Assembly (NCBI GenBank): GCA_965203485.1
Contig: OZ241892.1
Coordinates: 3,296,001 to 3,360,000 of the forward strand
Reading direction: 5' to 3'
Source of the DNA: Longimicrobiales bacterium
Lineage (GTDB): Bacteria > Gemmatimonadota > Gemmatimonadetes > Longimicrobiales > Gaopeijiaceae
Length of the DNA: 64,000 nucleotides
Position numbers and translations under genes: made by a program. Under the pieces are notes generated by a model. The model saw nothing but the letters and a program-made list of their open reading frames with translations, was not told the DNA's origin and ran no database searches. Positions 59,774-64,000 of this stretch are shown in pieces (position 1 is the first letter of the stretch; every line of letters begins with the position of its first letter).

Positions 59774-62365
59774 ATGAATCGCACAGGTCACGTGGACGTC
59801 CCGGCCGTCTACGAACGTGCGCTCGGATCGGGCGTGCGCCCGTATGAATGGCAGATTGCGCTCGCAACCGACGAATGGCCAAGTGTGCTCGTAGCACCGA
59901 CAGGATCCGGCAAGACGGCCGCCGTAACCCTCGGCTGGGCTGTTCAGCGGCTACGTCGATCTGCGGGTACGCGACGGCGACTCGTGTGGTGCCTTCCGAT
60001 GCGGACGCTCGTGGAACAGACGACGAAGGCAGTTCGGCATTGGTTTGATCAGCTGGCGCCGCTTGACGAGACGAACCGGCTCCCGAGCTGCGAGGATGTC
60101 TACACGCTCATGGGGGGCGCCGACGTCGCCGACTGGGTCGAACGGCCCGAACGGCCTGCGGTGCTCGTGGGCACGCAGGACATGCTCCTGAGCCGGGCAC
60201 TGATGCGTGGCTACGCGTCGTCTCGTGCGCGCTGGCCGATGGAATTCGCACTCTTGCACGAGGATGCCCAATGGGTGTTCGACGAAGTGCAGCTGATGGA
60301 TGCAGGGCGTGCGACATCTGCGCAATTGGAGGCGTTTCGCCAGGCCGAGTCAGCGCGTACGACCGTTGCCGACATTTCGTCGCGCCGACCGTCTCGTAGC
60401 CTGTGGGTCTCCGCGACGCTTGATGCTAGTTGGCTCAAGACCGTCGACCATCCCGAGCCACAGTCCGTCGTCAGGGTCGATCCCTTGGAGGATGATCGAC
60501 TTGCCCGTCTGGCGTGCGCTACCAAGCAGTTGCGTCGTTCGCAGGTAGCACCCGCATCATCGAAGAAAGACGATATCAAGGCCTACATCCGAGATCTCGC
60601 GGAGGCCGTTCTAGGCGCGCACCGCCACGGCCGGATGACGCTGGTCATCGTCAATCGAGTGGATCGGGCGCGGAATCTGCACGAGGCACTCGCGAAAGGG
60701 ATCGGAACGCAGGGCCAGCCCCCGCCGACACTAGCATTGATTCATTCTCGCTTCCGTCCTCTGGACCGCGAGCGAGAGATGGCGAAGGTCACCAACAACT
60801 CCAACCCATGTGGTCGCATCGTTGTCGCTACCCAGGCCATTGAAGCTGGCGTCGACATTTCAGCCGCAGTCTTGTTCACGGAGGTCGCTCCTTGGTCTTC
60901 GATGGTCCAGCGGTTCGGCCGCGCCAACCGGTACGCGGAGCATCCCGAGCCCGACGGAGCAGATGTGTGCTGGATCGACCTGCTACAGGCTATCCACGAC
61001 GGAACGGGATCAGAGAAACACGCAGAGGACTTGGCGGCTCCCTACACCGTTTCGGAACTCGCGTCCGCACGCGAACGCCTTGCAGGCATGACAGACGTGG
61101 CGCCGGTGCGCCTTCCCCCGCCCGACGACCTTGAGCCGCCGCGCCGCGTCATCAGGCGCAAGGACCTCGATGACCTCTTCGACACCGACCCGGACCTCAC
61201 CGGCTTCGATGTCGACGTGTCGGCCTACGTGCGCGACACGGACGACACGGACATCCGCGTCTTTTGGCGCGATCTCTCCGTGGCAGATGACGAACTGCCA
61301 CGCCCCCGAAGGGAAGAGCTGTGCGCGGTGTCCATCGGCGTTGCTCGCGATTGGCTTGGCAAGCTCCGCAAGCAAGAGAGCGGAAACAATCTGGTGTTCC
61401 AGCGCGACCCTCAATGGCGCCGCAACAATGGTGCTTCGACGACCGCGCCGATCGGCTGGAGTCCCTTTCGGGATCAGCCATGGCCGGGACTGGTGTTGCT
61501 CGCCGACTTGAAGGCGGGCGGGTATCTTGACAGTAGCGGATTTACGGGTGATCCGAAGCACGTGCCTAACCCCTTGGCCCCAGATGACTTGGCCCTTCCG
61601 GCTGACGCTGATGGTGGCCCCGGCCCTCTGGCTTCTAGTGCCCCCGCCGAGACAGAAGGGCATGACGAGGACCATATGAGCCAGATTGACGCGGTGGTTT
61701 CGCTCGATGATCACCTCCAGCACGTGATGGCAGAAGTAGGCGGCCTCTGTCGTGGGCTCGACATCGAACCAAGCGTGCGTGCCGTCCTCAATCGCGCCGC
61801 CCGCTGGCACGATGTCGGCAAAGCCCACGACGTCTTCCAAGACACAATGCGCCGTGGCCTCGTAGATCAGGAGGCTGCCTCGGCAACGCTACTTGCAAAA
61901 ACCGTCGGCCGCGCTCGTCACAGTCGACCGTACTTCCGACATGAATTTGCATCCGCGCTCGCGTTCCTCGCCCATGCAGGCTGGTCGCGCGACGCAGATC
62001 TGATCGCCTATCTGATCGCAGCCCACCATGGCAAAGTGCGGATGAACCTGCGGGCATTGCCTCGCGAATCAGCGCCGAAGGATGAGGGGCGTGCCACGGC
62101 GCGCTTCGCTCGCGGCGTCTGGGAGGGAGACGAGTTGCCCCCTCTTGACTTGGAAGGAAACGAGCATTGGAGCGGAGGTCCGCTGTTGTTGTCGATCATG
62201 GAACTCGGCTGGGACGAGATTACCCACGAGAGTTGGACTGAACGCACGAGGGATCTTCTGGAACGATTCGGACCCTTCCATTTGGCTTGGCTGGAAACAG
62301 TCCTGCGTATTGCGGATTGGCGCGCATCTGCAAAGGAACGCGAAGGGAGCTATGATGCACGGTAA
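59774..62365 (+). CDS. cas3: Type I-G Cas3 (helicase with C-terminal HD nuclease)
   Basis: APTGSGKT, GTQDMLLSRAL, FDEVQ, SAT, QRFGRANR; C-terminal WHDVGK, RHE, AAHHG, ADWRAS. Confidence 0.95.
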   Translation: MNRTGHVDVPAVYERALGSGVRPYEWQIALATDEWPSVLVAPTGSGKTAAVTLGWAVQRLRRSAGTRRRLVWCLPMRTLVEQTTKAVRHWFDQLAPLDETNRLPSCEDVYTLMGGADVADWVERPERPAVLVGTQDMLLSRALMRGYASSRARWPMEFALLHEDAQWVFDEVQLMDAGRATSAQLEAFRQAESARTTVADISSRRPSRSLWVSATLDASWLKTVDHPEPQSVVRVDPLEDDRLARLACATKQLRRSQVAPASSKKDDIKAYIRDLAEAVLGAHRHGRMTLVIVNRVDRARNLHEALAKGIGTQGQPPPTLALIHSRFRPLDREREMAKVTNNSNPCGRIVVATQAIEAGVDISAAVLFTEVAPWSSMVQRFGRANRYAEHPEPDGADVCWIDLLQAIHDGTGSEKHAEDLAAPYTVSELASARERLAGMTDVAPVRLPPPDDLEPPRRVIRRKDLDDLFDTDPDLTGFDVDVSAYVRDTDDTDIRVFWRDLSVADDELPRPRREELCAVSIGVARDWLGKLRKQESGNNLVFQRDPQWRRNNGASTTAPIGWSPFRDQPWPGLVLLADLKAGGYLDSSGFTGDPKHVPNPLAPDDLALPADADGGPGPLASSAPAETEGHDEDHMSQIDAVVSLDDHLQHVMAEVGGLCRGLDIEPSVRAVLNRAARWHDVGKAHDVFQDTMRRGLVDQEAASATLLAKTVGRARHSRPYFRHEFASALAFLAHAGWSRDADLIAYLIAAHHGKVRMNLRALPRESAPKDEGRATARFARGVWEGDELPPLDLEGNEHWSGGPLLLSIMELGWDEITHESWTERTRDLLERFGPFHLAWLETVLRIADWRASAKEREGSYDAR

Positions 62366-64000
62366 TCTTCTAACATTGCATGGATGTGCTCCGACTCCGC
62401 TAGCGTCCTATTTGAAGGCAGTTGGCATACTACGACTGATTTCGTCGCCCGCCCATCACGTGTCTGGCGAAGCAGTCGACGCTCGTGTCCGTGGGTGGTG
62501 GGAGGACGAATGTTTTCACCTGCGGACGACTCTTGGCCGTGCCGACTTGCTACGCTTCCTACTGGAGGACTATGCACCGACTCCGATTATTGCACCGTGG
62601 AACGGAGGTAGCGGCTTCTACCCTACAGATAACACGGATGGATTTGAACCACTTTTGGCGAATCAAGTTGCGAAGCGATTTTTGCCCTATGCGTATGCCG
62701 TCAGAACGGCATCTTCCAAAGTGAGTGATCTATCTTTGACGAAAAAGCCCGTTGGGGCCACCAAGACCAAGCTAGTGGCGGCCTTGCGGGCCGCACTATC
62801 AGATGTAGCGATCCCCTGGATTGACGCTGCCCTCGCGCTTTCTGGAAATGAACTCGCGTACCCGGAATTGCTCGGCACTGGTGGCAACGATGGCCGGTTG
62901 GATTTCACTAACAATTTTGCACGCCGCCTTTTCTCAAAGAAGAAAGGCATATTTGACACATCCACAGGTCGGCCCACGAGCGACGCAATAGTGTTGTTGG
63001 AGGGTGCTCTATTTGCCGATCCAGTACGCGGATTGTACAATGCTGCGATCGGTCAGTTCGCGCCTGGAGCGGCGGGTGGTCCGAATGCAACCACTGGATA
63101 CAGTGCCGATAGTGAACTAAACCCCTGGGATTTTGTGCTGATGCTTGAAGGGACAGTAGCATTCGCTGGTACGGCTACTCGACGTCATCAACGAGCATCT
63201 GGAACAAGGAGTTCGGCCACCACTCGTTCTGGAGCTAGTTTTCCGTTCACGGTGCGAACGGTAGGCGCGGGCTGGGGTGGTGTTAACGCTCCAGACGAGA
63301 ATGATGCACGAGCAGAATTCTGGGCTCCGTTGTGGATACGTCCAAGCCGCTACTGTGAAGTTGATTCGTTGTTTGGAGAGGGTCGCGCTGTGCTGAATGG
63401 CCGGACAGCGAGGGATGGCCTTGCTTTTGCGCGAGCGGTAGCGAGTCTTGGCATCAGTCGCGGCTTTCGTGAATTTGAACGCTACGGATTCTTGATGCGA
63501 GCGGGAAAGGCATATTTGGCGGCGCCGATAGGACGACACACGGCGGCGCTTTCCCCCGGAGCTGATCTAGTTGCTGATCTTGATTTTGGAGGTTGGCTAG
63601 ATCGCATGCGCCGAATCGGGCGACGAGACGAAGGATCAAGTGCCGCTAGACAAGCGGTTAGGCGACTGGAAGATGCACTGTTTGAGCTTGTGGCGACTAC
63701 GAGGTCACCTAGATCTACTAGGGAAACCGCGGAAGTGCTCGTTGCACTTGGAGAAGTTGTTGCGTGGCTTGCGGTCAGCGAAGTGGGAAGGCAGGCGGTC
63801 CGAACGCCACCGCCGGCGCTGTCGTACCAATGGATGAGAATGGCAGATGACGATAGTCCAGAATTTCGGATTGCTGCTGCATTAGCTTCGATCGGCATAC
63901 CTGCGCCGGAACCCGTTGGGTCAAGAGACGACAATAACGCTCCAGAAGGCCAGGTGATCAACGAAAGGCGTCAACGTTCAACGATCGCACCACCGATGGC
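62355..64000 (+). CDS. csx17: Type I-G large subunit Cas8g/Csx17 (partial, runs off the window; absent from ORF track)
   Basis: GCAPTPLASYLKAVGILRL, PWNGGSGFY, LLGTGGNDGRLDFTNNF, NPWDFVLMLEG; overlaps cas3 stop. Confidence 0.92.
   Translation, partial: MHGNLLTLHGCAPTPLASYLKAVGILRLISSPAHHVSGEAVDARVRGWWEDECFHLRTTLGRADLLRFLLEDYAPTPIIAPWNGGSGFYPTDNTDGFEPLLANQVAKRFLPYAYAVRTASSKVSDLSLTKKPVGATKTKLVAALRAALSDVAIPWIDAALALSGNELAYPELLGTGGNDGRLDFTNNFARRLFSKKKGIFDTSTGRPTSDAIVLLEGALFADPVRGLYNAAIGQFAPGAAGGPNATTGYSADSELNPWDFVLMLEGTVAFAGTATRRHQRASGTRSSATTRSGASFPFTVRTVGAGWGGVNAPDENDARAEFWAPLWIRPSRYCEVDSLFGEGRAVLNGRTARDGLAFARAVASLGISRGFREFERYGFLMRAGKAYLAAPIGRHTAALSPGADLVADLDFGGWLDRMRRIGRRDEGSSAARQAVRRLEDALFELVATTRSPRSTRETAEVLVALGEVVAWLAVSEVGRQAVRTPPPALSYQWMRMADDDSPEFRIAAALASIGIPAPEPVGSRDDNNAPEGQVINERRQRSTIAPPM

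Noticed and set aside
59774..62365. C-terminal HD domain of Cas3 as a novelty
   Set aside because: Helicase-then-HD order is the established arrangement for type I-G Cas3.

Overview
A very GC-rich bacterial chromosome segment. The gene repertoire (VPS10/BNR beta-propeller hydrolases, S9 peptidase, TonB receptor, plug-only lipoprotein) suggests Gemmatimonadota, but this is inference. Positions 1-25 kb and 31.9-47 kb are mostly housekeeping and nutrient-scavenging genes: hydrolases, ferredoxin, cyclophilin, modABC, GntR, DUF1326/DUF2182-lutABC, pheA and a TRAP solute-binding protein. Three defence regions interrupt them. (i) A single-polypeptide nuclease-helicase-methyltransferase restriction-modification gene split by a C15 tract, followed by an AAA-ATPase/nuclease and an NYN RNase. 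(ii) A TIGR04255/antitoxin/RES-toxin islet whose toxin is internally deleted. (iii) A complete type III-B Cmr operon with a CARF-HEPN-CARF effector and a second AAA-ATPase/nuclease paralogue, bracketed by a 40-bp inverted repeat pair (37/40 identical), then a Fic gene and the start of a type I-G operon (cas3, cas8g/csx17) that runs off the window. I found no CRISPR array, cas1/cas2/cas6, tRNA, rRNA, transposase or integrase. All family assignments come from motifs recognised by eye; no searches were run.
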